64,000 bases of DNA from Dictyostelium discoideum (GCA_000004695.1 CM000152.2:4352001-4416000), one strand, 5' to 3'. Shown: positions 42,101 through 54,143, counted from the first letter of the stretch. The notes: generated by a model from the sequence alone, not told the origin. Translations and numbers: made by a program.

Positions 42101-42973
42101 AATAATAATTAATTTTGTTAAATGATTTATTAATATATATATTTTTTTTTTTTTTTTAAAATTTAAAAAGACATGAAATTAAACAAGGATTTTTATTATT
42201 AATTCCAATAATTTTAGTAAATACGAATAATTTATCAAATCAATCATTTGAAAAATCAATAGATTTCTTTAAAAAGGTATTATCATCTACAACTACAACT
42301 TTAACAACAGAAACAGAAACAGAAACAGAAAAATCAATATCAATACCAATTAAGGATAAAGTTTATATTCTTCAAGTTATTAGAAATATAGTTAATACAG
42401 GTTCACAACAACAATCAACTTCACAAGTTTATCAATATGCAAAATTACTTGTTAAAAATTTATTTTCAAATTTCTTTAGTTTATTAATTTTCCCATCCCC
42501 AATTGAAACTACAATTTTTAAACAAGAAGAAATTGAATTAAACAATGAATTAATTAAAATAATTATACTTTCTTTACCATTTTCTGATGAAAATAATAGT
42601 AAGTTTTTTTTTTTTTTTTTTTAATTAATTTTAATATCTTATATAACTAATTTTTATTTTTATTATTATTGTTATTATTTTAGAAGCAAATGTATTATCA
42701 GTTATAATTTCTAGTTTAATTTTATTCCTTCAACCAAATTCAAAAAATCAAACTCAATTCCACCACAATGTACTCCAAATTTTATTAAACTTTGCTTCTA
42801 CACAACCTCAATTTAAAGAGGCAGTTTCAAGACTACCTTTAGATCTTAAACAACAATTAGAACAATCAATAAGACAAAATATTGAATCTGCTGCAAAGAA
42901 AGAGGTCAAAGTTGCTCCAAAACCTCAAATTCAATTAACTTTTGATTTCTCTAAAGTCGCTAATAAAGAGTGA
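36160..42973 (+). CDS. HEAT-repeat protein 5 (HEATR5B/Laa1/SWEETIE family, AP-1 adaptor accessory), four exons, about 2180 aa
   Basis: join(36160..36608, 36695..42070, 42171..42598, 42684..42973). The 1795-aa central ORF is helical-repeat throughout and has low-complexity S/T/Q/N inserts. The upstream 150-aa ORF joins in frame via a GTAATA donor and a cacag acceptor at 36694. Two 3' exons follow GTAAGT donors that overlap the apparent stops at 42071 and 42599, and the gene ends at the TGA at 42971-42973. The size and architecture match HEATR5 proteins. The first-intron boundaries are the least certain. Confidence 0.7.
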
Positions 42974-44599
42974 ACCCAAATAAAAAAATAAAATAAAATA
43001 AAATAATTTACATTTAAATCGATAAACAAATAAATAAATAAATAAAAAAAGTTGAATTTCTTGTAATATTTAATTAATTTGTTTTTTTATTTTATTTGTT
43101 AGTTTACTCCTTTTGCTATGTTGGGTATGTTTCTTATTTTTTTTTTGGGTGGTTGATTAGTTTTTGGTTTTCATTTTTTTTATTTTAGCACTGTCTATCT
43201 AGTTTTTCCACCTTTTTTTTTTTTTTTTTGAATAAAGATAAAATGCAAAAACATGAATTGATTAGAAGAGGATCGTTTTTTTTTTTTTTTTGATATAAAT
43301 AAACTATTGTAGTATACAATTAGTATGTTATTTTTATTTATTTATTTTAGGTTTTTTAGTTTTTGTGAATTTAAAATGGTATGTTATTTTAGATTAGGTA
43401 ATTAATAATTGATTGGTGGTGTAATTGTTGGAATTGGTTCATTTGTGTTTATGCTCCATTCTTTTTTAAATTTTTTGAAGGTTTAAATAATTACAGTTAA
43501 ACCTGTATTTTTTATATTGTGCGTTTTCTGCAAAATGAAAATTAATATTGATAGTTGGATCTGGTTTAAATGCTTTGTTGTTTGTTTGTGGTTTATAAAG
43601 GGTGTGTATAATTTTGTTGTTTGGTTTTTTGTTAGTGACCAGTTTTTGTTTCCATTGCAATTTTTATATATAAAATATTTTAATTTGTCGTGGTTTATGA
43701 AGTTGATTGTGTGCTGACAATTGAAAAACAAATGACCATAGGGATCATTATTCATTTCATTGTTGCAAATGGGGCAAACTTTGTTGTGTAGATGATTAAT
43801 CGGAAGACATCTAGTAAAGAATCTTTGCATTGTATCCAGGCCTTTTGGATCTTTTAATTTTTGAATTTTGACAAATAGTTGGTCGTATGTGTATTTCCAT
43901 AATAGTTGTATTGATTGTTGGTGCGAAGTAAGAGGTAGATCTGAATATTTCTTTCCAATATAGTCTTTTGATTTGCATTGGTGATTGTTGAGTATTGTCG
44001 AGTAGATTTCTTTGAGTGTTGGTGGTAGTGAAATATTATTTGTGGTTAATATTTGAGAGGTTTGGTTTTTTGTTAATATTGGTTGTAGGGTTTGAACTTT
44101 ATCTTTTAGATGTCCAATTTGAGTTGCATAGTTTTCCCATTCTTTTTTGATTTTTATAAGGTATGGAGAAGAGATTGATTTGTTGATGATTTGATCCATC
44201 CAACTTATCATGTATATTGAATTGTTTGCAGATTTATGCATATCCAAATCTTTTGAGCAACTTGTAGTAATTGTATATTCCACATACCCCAACCACCTTC
44301 TTTTAATGGTTTTAATGATCTATCATAACACATCAAAGGTAATTTTGCACGTGAATGGATGGTTGATGTGTTGTTTTCAATGGAATTGGTATTGAGAGTT
44401 GGTGATTCAGAATTTGCCGGAGAATTCATTAACCATGAGATTAATTTATTAATTTGAATTTCTTCATCTTTTGTAAATTCTTCAAGGTATGATAAATATG
44501 TTATTGGTGATAGTGAGTAGGTGTTTATGATGGTTGTTTTTGTTTTTAATGTTGTGCCACTAGTTTTCCATAGTACTAATGATTTATTCAGTGTTTTCA

Positions 44600-45820
44600 T
44601 TGTTTCTGGTAATTTCCTATGTAAACCATTATGATTAAAGAAATAGCCAAGGACTCTTTCTGATTGATATTTTTTGGTTATTGGTATTCTTTTTGATTGC
44701 GGAATGTTGTTTATTATGTGTTTATCTGTGATTTTGTGGGGGTTGATTTCTATTATTGCACTTTTGTCAAAATTTAATGATGATGATGTTGAAGCGCAGA
44801 AATTATCGAAATGTTTAATTGATTGTTGTTGTTGTTCGTAGTTGATGTTGTATGTTGCAAATTGGGTAAATTTGATTATAATTTGTGGATTGGGTGAAAT
44901 TGGTAATCCAATTATTGTATTGTCTGCATTTATTGTTCTTGCTAATATTTCAATTACAATTACAAATAAAGTGGCTGAGATTGGGTAACCTTGTTTTACA
45001 CCTCTTTTAATATCGAATTTTCTGGTCGTTTTACCATTAATTGAAATTTTTGCTTATGAGTCAGATAATAGCTTGTTGATTAAGTTTATTAATTTTATTG
45101 GTATACCAATATGAATTAATGTTCTTTTAATACTATGGTGAGAGATAGAATCAAATGCTTTAAAGTCAAATAGTGTGATGATATGAGGTTTTTAGATTTG
45201 AGGTAGTTGATTAATTCATTGATGTTGATGATGTTGTCTATGATGAATCTGTGGGGTACGAAACCAGTTTGGTTGTTGTTGATGATGAAAGGAAGTATTC
45301 TCAGAAGACGTGCATTGATTACTTTGGAGAGGATCTTGTAATCAGTGTTTAGAAGTGTAATAGGACGACGATTTGATATGAGTTAGGGGTTGCCTTTCTT
45401 GTATATTGTGTGTATAAGGCCTTCGGTGAATTCTGTTGTGATGTGGTGAGGGTTTTCTAGTATATCGTTGAATAATGTAGTGAAAATTGGTTTAACTTGG
45501 TTTAAATGATTAATGTAGAATGCATTTGTAACGCCATCTGGACCGAGTGATTTGTTGCAGCTTCAACTTCATCTTGTATAAATGGTGAGTCTAAACCATT
45601 CCAATATTCATTTTTTATGATGGGCCATGTGTTTAGCATGAGCTGGTGAGTAATTGGACAACATATTTGTAAGCTATATAGATTTGTGTAGAATTCAACA
45701 AAAGCATTTTCAATTTGGTCGGGGTCGGATGTAATGATGTTACCATATTGGATTGATTCAATTTTTGCATCTTTTGATCTTTTGTTTAGTATTGCTGATA
45801 GATACTTGCATCAATCCAAA
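44600..45820 (-). pseudogene. TRE3 ORF2 reverse-transcriptase domain, disrupted by frameshifts and stops
   Basis: Minus-strand translation gives LINE RT motifs (..FIINNNQTGFVPHRFIIDNII.., ..FDFKAFDSISHHSI.., ..KRGVKQGYPISATLF..). It needs at least three frame changes, and an in-frame stop lies near 45060. Confidence 0.6.
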
Positions 45821-45865
45821 CATATTAAAAAAACATATTAGGTATTTCTCCATTTATATGTTTTT

Positions 45866-46942
45866 TTAAATGGAGAAATACCTAATATGTTTTTTTAATA
45901 TGTTTGTGTGGTTTTGATGTAATTTGTTTTTGTTACATATATTATTGTATTCAGCGATGCATTGTTCTTCAAGATGTTTGAATTTTGCTGCTTTTTCTAA
46001 TGGTATTTGTTTTACACGTTGAGTTTGTTTGTCTTTGTTATATTGATAGTTTTTTAGAGTTTTAATAATTTTTGATTTTACTTTTGACCAATTTGAAAAT
46101 TGATTGATTGATGTGTTATTGTGATTAGTTATTAAATGATTGATAATATTGATTGCTTCATGGTCATTTGCAGTACCAGATGATAATATCCATCTTTTCT
46201 TATGTTTTTTTATTTGAAAAGGTGAAGAAATTGTTGTTGATACTGGATTATGATCTGATAATGAAGATGGAATTTGGTGGACTTGTGAATATATATTTTC
46301 AGGGTCTATTCTATTGTATTGAGTATATATTCTATCTAATCTGTTGCCATGTGTATGAGTTGGAGTGTTTTTAAATTCACCTTGATCAATTAGACGGTGT
46401 TGGTATGTGTAGGATTGGATAATATCATATAATAGTGAATTGTCGTTGTGGATACAGTTGAAATCTCCTGCGATAATAGACACATGTTGGGATTGGTTTG
46501 GTATTGGGTTTGTTGAGTGGATGTGGGGAAGTGTTTGTAGTGAAGTTGAATATGAATTCTTTTTGATGGTATTATTTGATGCTGGTGCGTAAATTCCAAG
46601 AATACCAATTGGTAATTGATTTGGAAATATAACGTCTACTAAAATAGCTCTACCATCAATTGTTGATATGTGTTTGAGTTTGAGTGTGTTTGGGTTATGG
46701 TTAAGGATGATTACACCATTTCCTCGTTTGGTGACAGAGATGATATGATCGGGAAAATCATGTTTAAGTTGTAATGGTGATGAATTGAGTTCAGTGAGAA
46801 TTGAGATTGTTGGACGAGGTGGAAGTTTTGATATAAGTAGTTGTAGTGTGTCAACAGCTTTTTGGTAGGAATTGTGTTGATTGTTTGGGTTTTCAGTGAA
46901 TCCTCTACAATTCCATGTTATAAAGTTGATTTTTGAGCTCAT
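45866..46942 (-). CDS. TRE3 ORF2 N-terminal apurinic/apyrimidinic-endonuclease-like (APE) domain
   Basis: The 358-aa ORF reads MSSKINFITWNCRGFTENPNN...ILTELNSSPLQ...IIAGDFNCIHND...HTHGNRLDRIYT..., the Exo-Endo-Phos fold of LINE endonucleases. It is truncated at its 3' end by the inverted duplication at 45821-45903. Confidence 0.7.
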   Translation of the reverse strand: MSSKINFITWNCRGFTENPNNQHNSYQKAVDTLQLLISKLPPRPTISILTELNSSPLQLKHDFPDHIISVTKRGNGVIILNHNPNTLKLKHISTIDGRAILVDVIFPNQLPIGILGIYAPASNNTIKKNSYSTSLQTLPHIHSTNPIPNQSQHVSIIAGDFNCIHNDNSLLYDIIQSYTYQHRLIDQGEFKNTPTHTHGNRLDRIYTQYNRIDPENIYSQVHQIPSSLSDHNPVSTTISSPFQIKKHKKRWILSSGTANDHEAINIINHLITNHNNTSINQFSNWSKVKSKIIKTLKNYQYNKDKQTQRVKQIPLEKAAKFKHLEEQCIAEYNNICNKNKLHQNHTNILKKHIRYFSI

Positions 46943-48310
46943 ACCTTACTAGGTTTGGCAGCACCAGTATTGACTGGTTGTGTAGTCAAGGCATTGCTGC
47001 TTCTTCTTGTATTTATTGTATTTGGAGTTGGTGCACTTGGTTTGTTTGGTTGAGATTGTAGAGGTTTTTGTGGTACAATTGTTGGATCGGTTGGATTGCT
47101 CATTGATAATGAGTTTTTCCCGTTATTATTATTTGAAGAATCACTTTTGTGTGAAATTTCATTATTGTTTTGGGATTGATTGTTAATATCAAGTGATTCA
47201 TTTAGTGTAGCTTTTGAACCACTATTTTGAAGTGGGTTATTATTGCGATTGGAACTTGCAATTTCGTTGATTGGTGGGGTGTTAATGTTGTTTTTAGGTG
47301 GATGATTGTTATTGTTAATATTTGGGTTTTTGAGAGCATTTTTTATAGTTGTTGCCATATCTGCATTTTTTGCATGTTGAATTTTGTGTTTAGTGACACT
47401 ACATGTTGCAGCTTTGATATATCTTGTGATACCAGATGGTTGTTCGATCTTTTGATCAACAATGTTGTGTGTGTGATCAATGTTATAATGTAGCTTTTAA
47501 ACGCAACAGCATATGAGTATGTGACAGTAAATGATTCAATTGATGTACAACTGGTGAATTTGGTGAGGTTGTTTATAATTGCATCGTTTGCATGTTTGGG
47601 TGAGTACGTTTGAATGAATGTTTTAATGATTGCATAATCATTTGATGATATTTCGAATCTATAGTTGAGTTTGTGGATATTTAGTGCAAGTTTGTTTTGA
47701 AGGTTGATTATTGAAGTTAATTTATCAACGTTGCAATTTACGAAGGCAGTTGCACCAATTATTTTAAATGCTGATGGCGACAGTATATCTTCGAAGAGTT
47801 TGTGAATGTTTTTGTGAATTTGTTGAATTCTTGTGTCATCTTTAGAGGTTAATTCTTCACGGATGTGTGGTTGATTAAAGTAACACTTAATGTTGATGGT
47901 GTTATTGTTTTTTTCTAAGAAGGAGAGTGGTCTTGTGATTGATGGAGGTGCAATGATATCTAATTGATTATCAAGTCCTTTGTTAAGTGAGAATTGATTT
48001 GTTGGGGTTTGTTTTTTAGGTGTGTCGATTTTTGCACTTTTGTTTTTTGTTGTTGAGGTTGTGGAGGTATTATTTGTATTGGTTGTGTCGTTATCTGAAT
48101 GATTTAACTGGAATTCAGTTGAGTGATCATCAGCCGTTGTTGAAAAGTATATAGGACGATAGCCCTTGCTTTATTGAGTAAAACTAGGGCAAAATTAAGT
48201 GGAATGAATGTGGTGGTGAAGATATAGCAGTGATTTATTTATTATATGAATAAATTCTTGTTTATTTCTTTGTTTCGTTTCTTTGTTTTGTTTCGGTTTT
48301 TATTTTTAGA

Positions 48311-48321
48311 AGAGGATCGAA
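48311..48321 (-). promoter_or_regulatory. ex-B box downstream of tRNA-Gly (GTGTTCGATCC on the gene strand)
   Basis: The B-box consensus lies about 35 bp 3' of the tRNA end, between the tRNA and the TRE3 5' end. Confidence 0.55.
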
Positions 48322-48355
48322 CACTTGATCTATTCAAGATTTTTTTAAAAATATA

Positions 48356-48426
48356 TGCGTATGCTGGGAATCGAACCCAGTTCGCATCCGTGGCAGGGAT
48401 GCATCATACCACTAGACCACATACGC
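48356..48426 (-). tRNA. tRNA-Gly (anticodon GCC)
   Basis: The reverse complement is GCGTATGTGGTCTAGTGGTATGATGCATCCCTGCCACGGATGCGAACTGGGTTCGATTCCCAGCATACGCA. The anticodon stem CATCC/GGATG encloses the loop CTGCCAC. It is identical to the second copy at 61344..61414. Confidence 0.9.
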
Positions 48427-48470
48427 TTTTTTTATATTTCTGAAAAAAATTTACCAAAATTTATGTCGTA

Positions 48471-48922
48471 ATGGGGAATAAAATCAACAGCCATTATCTG
48501 CGAAAACATCTGGAGAAGAAAATTCATGAAGGAATAACACTCAAAAACTTAAGAAAAGAACCACTAGTACACGAACTAAAGAAAACTCAAACAGCAGCCG
48601 GGAAAGAACAAAAAACAACATATACAAACTAATCAGACAAGAAAAAAAAGCAACCAATAACGAACAAAAAAAAAATTCAAAAACATCATCTCCCTGCAAT
48701 TCGAATGATTTAGCAAACACTGGAACTCACCACTACACACAGTAGCACTACCATCAAACCTCAATAAATATATTACATCATTCAACACACTCCGCACCCC
48801 CCAACTTTAAAAAAAAAAAAAAAAAAAACCATACAACCTTAAAAGGCACCTGTAATATTTAATAATAAAATGAGATATATCTCAAGAAGAAGCAACTAAA
48901 AATTGCGTTATTCCATCAAAAA
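48471..48922 (+). mobile_element. Short TRE5-like, poly(A)-ended non-LTR retroelement fragment flanked by a 15-bp target-site duplication
   Basis: A perfect direct repeat aaaatttatgtcgta occurs at 48456-48470 and 48923-48937. The 452 bp between them are not AT-rich. They start ATGGGGAATAAAATCAACAGCCATTATCTGCG... (a 53-codon ORF) and end ...gttattccatc(a)9 immediately before the right repeat. The insertion point is about 45 bp upstream of the tRNA-Gly 5' end, the characteristic TRE5 position of 48±3 bp. The element lies head-to-head with the tRNA. Confidence 0.65.
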
Positions 48923-49225
48923 AAAATTTATGTCGTATTTATAATCAGTCCTATAAAAAAACATTTAGTAATAATTGTTTATAATAAAATTAATAATACA
49001 TATATTACTTAAATAAAACCCGTACACATCCCTGGTTGGTTGAGGCCATTAAAAAGAAAAAAAATACTTTTTCAAAACTAGAATTCAACAGAATCACAAA
49101 AACAAACGGAAAAAAAAAAATAAAATAAAAAAAAAAAAAATAAAAATAAATAAATTTTTTTTTTTTTTCTTCTTACTAATTTTTTTTTTTTTTTTTTTTT
49201 TTCTACAATTTAAAAAAAAAACACA

Positions 49226-50349
49226 ATGATTTATGGTGATACAAGAGAATTTAGAAATATTCATTTCCATTTAAATAATATCAGGATAGTAGGAGCAATA
49301 TTTGGTCAAGATGGTTTTATTCATAAAAAAATCCCACTCGCAACCAAAGTGATTTCTATAATTTGTTCAATTTTATTTGCACTTAGTTTAGTAGCACCTT
49401 CAATGTTTGGTTCTTATAAAACCTGTTTATCAATTGAAAGTCTAACAAATTCATTTTTAGATAATCGTTTGTATTTTTTTTTTTTTTTTTTTTTTATTAT
49501 TTATTAATTTTTTTTTTTTTTTTTGATTATTTATTAATTTCTTAAAAAAAAAAAAAAGTTTATAGAATTATATTATCAAATTTTGCACATTTATCAATTT
49601 ATCATATTGTTTATAATATGATAACATTTTTAGATCTTGCAAAATTAGAAAGACTTACATTTGGAACATTAAAATATTTTTATTTATTGTTTTTATTTGG
49701 AATTATTACAAATTTAATATGTTTATTTATTTATTTCATTGGTAGAAATAATGTTTGTCATTTAGGTTTCTCTGGTGTACTATTTGCATTGATTTATATT
49801 GAATCAAATTCCTCAGGAAGAGATGTATTTTTATTTAATGCAGTTAAAATTCCATCAAAATTATACCCATGGGCAATGTTAATTTTAGCCCATGTTTTTG
49901 TACCAAGAAGTTCATTCATTGGTCATTTCAGTGGTATTGTTGTTGGTATTTTATTTATTAAAGGTTATTTAGATATCTTTATCTTATCAAATCAAAAATT
50001 ATCAGAAATTGAATCATCTCAACTTATGAATATATTTACAACTAAAAATAGTTATTTCCCAATAATTAAATTTGGTGGTTCTCGTAGATCCTATAATACT
50101 GATAGAAAAAGTTTAGATGGTTTATTTTTTGAATTAAAAAATTTATTTAACCCACAACAACAACAACAAAGACAACAACAAAGACAACAACAACAACCAC
50201 AATCACCACAACCACAACAACCACAACAACCACAACAACAACCACAACAACAACCACAACAACAACCACAACAACATCAAAGAGATAATTTTAGAAACGA
50301 TAATAATGATAATAGTAATAATTATGATGAATATGATTTCTCAAAATAA
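49226..50349 (+). CDS. Rhomboid-family intramembrane protein (rhomboid-like serine protease fold), two exons
   Basis: join(49226..49466, 49559..50349), with a GTTTGT donor and an (A)n-AG acceptor. The junction creates ..SFLDN|LYRIILSNFAHLSIYHIVYNMITFL.., matching the rhomboid WRxxT..F.H...H..NM motif. TM4 has GFSGVLFAL (the GxSG catalytic Ser). TM6 has AHVFVPRSSFIGHFSGIVVG (the catalytic His). The C-terminal tail is (Q/P)-rich. Confidence 0.75.
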
Positions 50350-51157
50350 CGAATAAAAAAAAAATAAAAAATAAAAAAATAAAAAAAAATCGCCACATTA
50401 TTTTTATTTTTTTTATTTTTTATTTTTTTTAATTAATAATAATAATAATCCAAAGTTAAATTCATTGTCATTTTCATCTAAAAATAGTTTGTGGTGATAT
50501 TTTAGTAGTTTGGAACTGTGTTGAATAAAAAAAACAAAAATAGAAAAAAAGAAAAAATAAAAAAAATGAAAAAAAATAAAAAAAATAAAAATTTGGGGGA
50601 ATAAAAATGATATTTTTAATTAAATTTAATAATTATTTTTTTTTTTGAAAATTGAGTATGGTTCTATCCAAATTTGTAACGAATCTAGCAAAACGAAGTT
50701 TTGTAAAATATTCTGGTAAAGAGGCAAAGAAAACAAATTCTAACGTCTTTTTTTTTTATTTTTTTTTTTACTTTTTTTTTTTTTTTACTATTATTTTATT
50801 TTTTTTTTATTTTTTTTTTTATTTTTTTTATTTTTTTCAATAAAAAAAGTAACTAATCTATAGATATATAAATTTTTTAATTTTAAATAATAAAAATATT
50901 TTTTAACACATTTTCCCCCTTTTTTTGAAAAATAAAGAGTTGTAGAATAAAAAAAAAAAAAAATAAAAAAAATAACATAATTAAAAAAAAAATAAAATAA
51001 AATATTAAAATATTAAAACCAAAACAAGATTATACCTAAGTAATAATAAATAGATAATATTTTTAAAAAAAATAATTTAAAAAATCGGATATCATAATTT
51101 CACAAAACCAAACGTATAATTTTAAAAATTATAACTCGAATATTATTTTTTTTTTTT

Positions 51158-51203
<46 letters not shown>

Positions 51204-51293
51204 CATATATTAAAAAATAAATTAATAAATAAATATTAAAATAATAAATAAAAATTTTATATATAATATAAACCAAAAAAAAAAAAAAAAAAA

Positions 51294-52526
51294 ATGGAAA
51301 AAACAAAAATTAATTCAAATGAATTAAAAGTCTTGATAAATAATTTTGGAACAGTTCCTTTATTTAAAATTGATGAAAATGAAAACCAAGATGTTACTTT
51401 AAAAAAATTAAATAGTTCAAGGTAAATAATTATTTAATTTTTTTTTTTTTTCATTTATATATTTTTATTATTTAAAACTAATTATTTATTTTATTTTTAA
51501 TTAATAGACCAGTTGGGTATCATCAATTTTGTTTTGATTCAAAATTAAACAAATATAAAAGTATTGATAAAGGTGATTTAATTGAAAATCAAAGTGAAGA
51601 ATTAGCATGTAATCCATACCTTTATTCAAAGAATATTAAATTTGTACATGAACGTGATATGGAAATGTGTTATATTTGTAGGGATAGGGATGCTCCATCA
51701 GTATGTTTATGGAGTTGGGATTTTGGAAAGAAATTAGAAATTTCAAAATTAATATTAAACATGTTATTTATGGCATTTGAAGAGAATAGTGGTATTGATT
51801 GGTATTTATCAACTGAAATTTCCAATGATATGGTTTTAGCATTGCGTAATAAAAACCATGAAAAAGTGATGAAAACAATTCAAGATGAATTTTTCAAGTT
51901 ACCATTAGAACTTGTTTCACCAGTTTATTTTGATAAGAAATTAAATTTAACAGAATTGGTGGGTGGTTCAAAGAGATTCTATCTTTCATGTATTATGTCC
52001 AATAGTGGTCCTTATAAAACTCAATTATTCCGTTCGAAATTCTTAACAAAATTCACTCAAGAAGATGACGACTATCTACATTTACACACACCTCCAAAAT
52101 TCAATTACCCATTTAATATCTACTTTGAAGTTTCATTATCATCAAATAACTCCACCACCACCACTACCTCAACTACTACTAAAAAAGAAAATCAACAAGA
52201 AAATCTTGATATTAATGGTAAACAAAACAATAATAACTATTATTTCGTTGAAATTGATGAAAATATTGATACAGTTCAAGATAATAGCACCTTTAAAACA
52301 AAGAATTGGGATTCTGGTAGAGTTGGTGATTGGTTATTTGATATGGGTTTCTATGACTTGATTGAAAGGTTTTCCTTTCAAAATGTTAATGGTGAAACTT
52401 TATTAACTCGTGGTTTATCAATATTACCAAATAGTTTTCTTCAAAATTCTACAAAAAGAAATAAATATATTGAAGCAATAAATAGATTATTATCATTAAA
52501 TAAAATGGATTCAATTTTATCGCCTC

Positions 52527-52610
<84 letters not shown>

Positions 52611-53281
52611 TACAATTACAACAACAACCAATTGAACAACCAATTGCAAGTGCTGATGATCAACAAATGTTAGTTCCAACTGCAAATGCTTCACCATTGT
52701 ATTCAAATCAATATAGTGAAAAATCAATTTTATTTTTAAATTATTTAGACGAAACAAAAAAAAAACAATTAAATAATTTTAAAAAATTACCAGATGAATC
52801 TTCAAAAAATCAAATAAATCTTGATGATAATAATGAAAGCAAATTAATATTAAATGATTTAAATTCAAGTAATTATAAATTAATAATTAAAAATAATGTT
52901 ATTCATGTTCATAAATCAATACTTTCACAAAATTCAGATTATTTCAATGCATTGTTTACTTCAAGTTTTTTTGAAAATTTAAATAGTACTTGTACTTTTG
53001 AAAGTGATGATGAAAAATTAACAATTGAATCATTGGAATTATTAATGGAATTTATTTACCTTCAAACTCAAGAAGAAGCATTAAATTTTTTAAAAAAACA
53101 AGATTTTAAACAATTAAAAGTTTTACTTCATTTATCCGATAGATTCCTTTTTAAACAAAAAGAATTAATTGAAAAATTTATTGTTTGGTCTATAAAATCT
53201 GTAAATTTAAAAATAATTGATCAAGAATTTAATAATAATAATTTAATTTCGCTCTTTACAAAATATTATTTAAATAATTAA
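51294..53281 (+). CDS. SAM-like plus BTB/POZ domain protein with a 35-residue polyQ tract, two exons
   Basis: join(51294..51421, 51508..53281). Exon 1 reads MEKTKINSNELKVLINNFGTVPLFKIDENENQDVTLKKLNSS, with a GTAAAT donor overlapping the apparent stop. The acceptor is taatag. Exon 2 includes a SAM-like block (WDSGRVGDWLFDMGFYDLIERFSFQNVNGETLLT) and a (CAA)n polyQ. A BTB block follows (NYKLIIKNNVIHVHKSILSQNSDYFNALFTSSFFENLNSTCTFESDDEKLTIESLELLMEFIY). Confidence 0.65.
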
Positions 53282-53678
53282 TTAATTAATAAAAATAAAA
53301 AAAAAAATAAAAAAATAAAAAAACCAAATAGAATTAAAAGAATCAAATAAAGCACCATTAAAAAAAAAAAAAAAAAAAAATTTTTGATTAAAATGAAGTG
53401 AAATTATAGCGTTTGTTGGTCTCATTTAAAAAATCATTCCAAATCAAAAAAAAGACTTAATAAAAATCAAGAAAAAAAAAAATCATTAAATTTATTAAAA
53501 TATCTTATATGATAAACCTTGTACCAAAAAAACGTTTTTGACATGATGATTTTCAGATAATTCATAAAAAAATGGTTTTTTTTTTTTTTTTTTTAATTTT
53601 TTTTTATTATCTACTCTTTTTATAAGAGCAGAAAAAAAAAATCATTCTATTTTAAAACAATTAAAGATAAATAAAAAA

Positions 53679-54097
53679 ATGATAAAGGTAACATTTATCA
53701 TTTTTTTTTTTTATATAATTCAATTTATAAATTCTCAATCAACTTTTCATCTAAATGAAAAATCATTAGCATTACAAATATTAAGTGATTGTTATGGTTA
53801 CACTTTTCCAGATCCAACAACTGCAGACCCATGTGGAGTTTTAAATGCAATTTTTTGTAAAGTAGGCGCAAATCCAGATGGTACCACTTTTATTTTTGAT
53901 GTCAGACTTTTAGAAAATAATTATAGTTGCACAATTGGTGATCTTTCAAATTTTCCAAATTTAAAATCATTATCAGTTTATGGAAATCATTCATTAGGTA
54001 CTGCTTTTTTTCAAAATATTAATAATTTAACAGTATTAAATGATGTGTAAAGTTTTAATTATTATTATTATTATTAAAAATTTTTTTAAAAATGTTG

Positions 54098-54143
<46 letters not shown>

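Larger units (their letters stand above)
43075..48235 (-). mobile_element. TRE3-type tRNA-targeted non-LTR (LINE-like) retrotransposon, about 5.2 kb, degenerate copy
   Basis: Minus-strand ORFs run collinear from an ORF1 remnant (46939..47358 and broken frames up to about 48100) to an ORF2 endonuclease domain (45866..46942). A reverse-transcriptase region (44600..45820) follows, with QTGFVPHR and KAFDSI motifs but several frameshifts and stops. A C-terminal Cys/His zinc-knuckle segment ends the series (43483..44292). The 5' end lies about 120 bp downstream of tRNA-Gly(GCC) at 48356..48426, just beyond its ex-B box. This is the known TRE3 insertion position. The 3' end is a GT-rich (plus strand) UTR ending near 43075. 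Confidence 0.75.

Noticed and set aside
43517-44395. Plus-strand ORFs 43517..43717 and 44210..44395 inside the retrotransposon
   Set aside because: They are antisense to the TRE3 ORF2 C-terminal region. The element's coding strand is minus.
48300-48345. Apparent tRNA 3' half (ggatcgaacac...) next to tRNA-Gly
   Set aside because: Only the T-arm-like 11-mer is present. It is the external B box, not a tRNA fragment or pseudogene.
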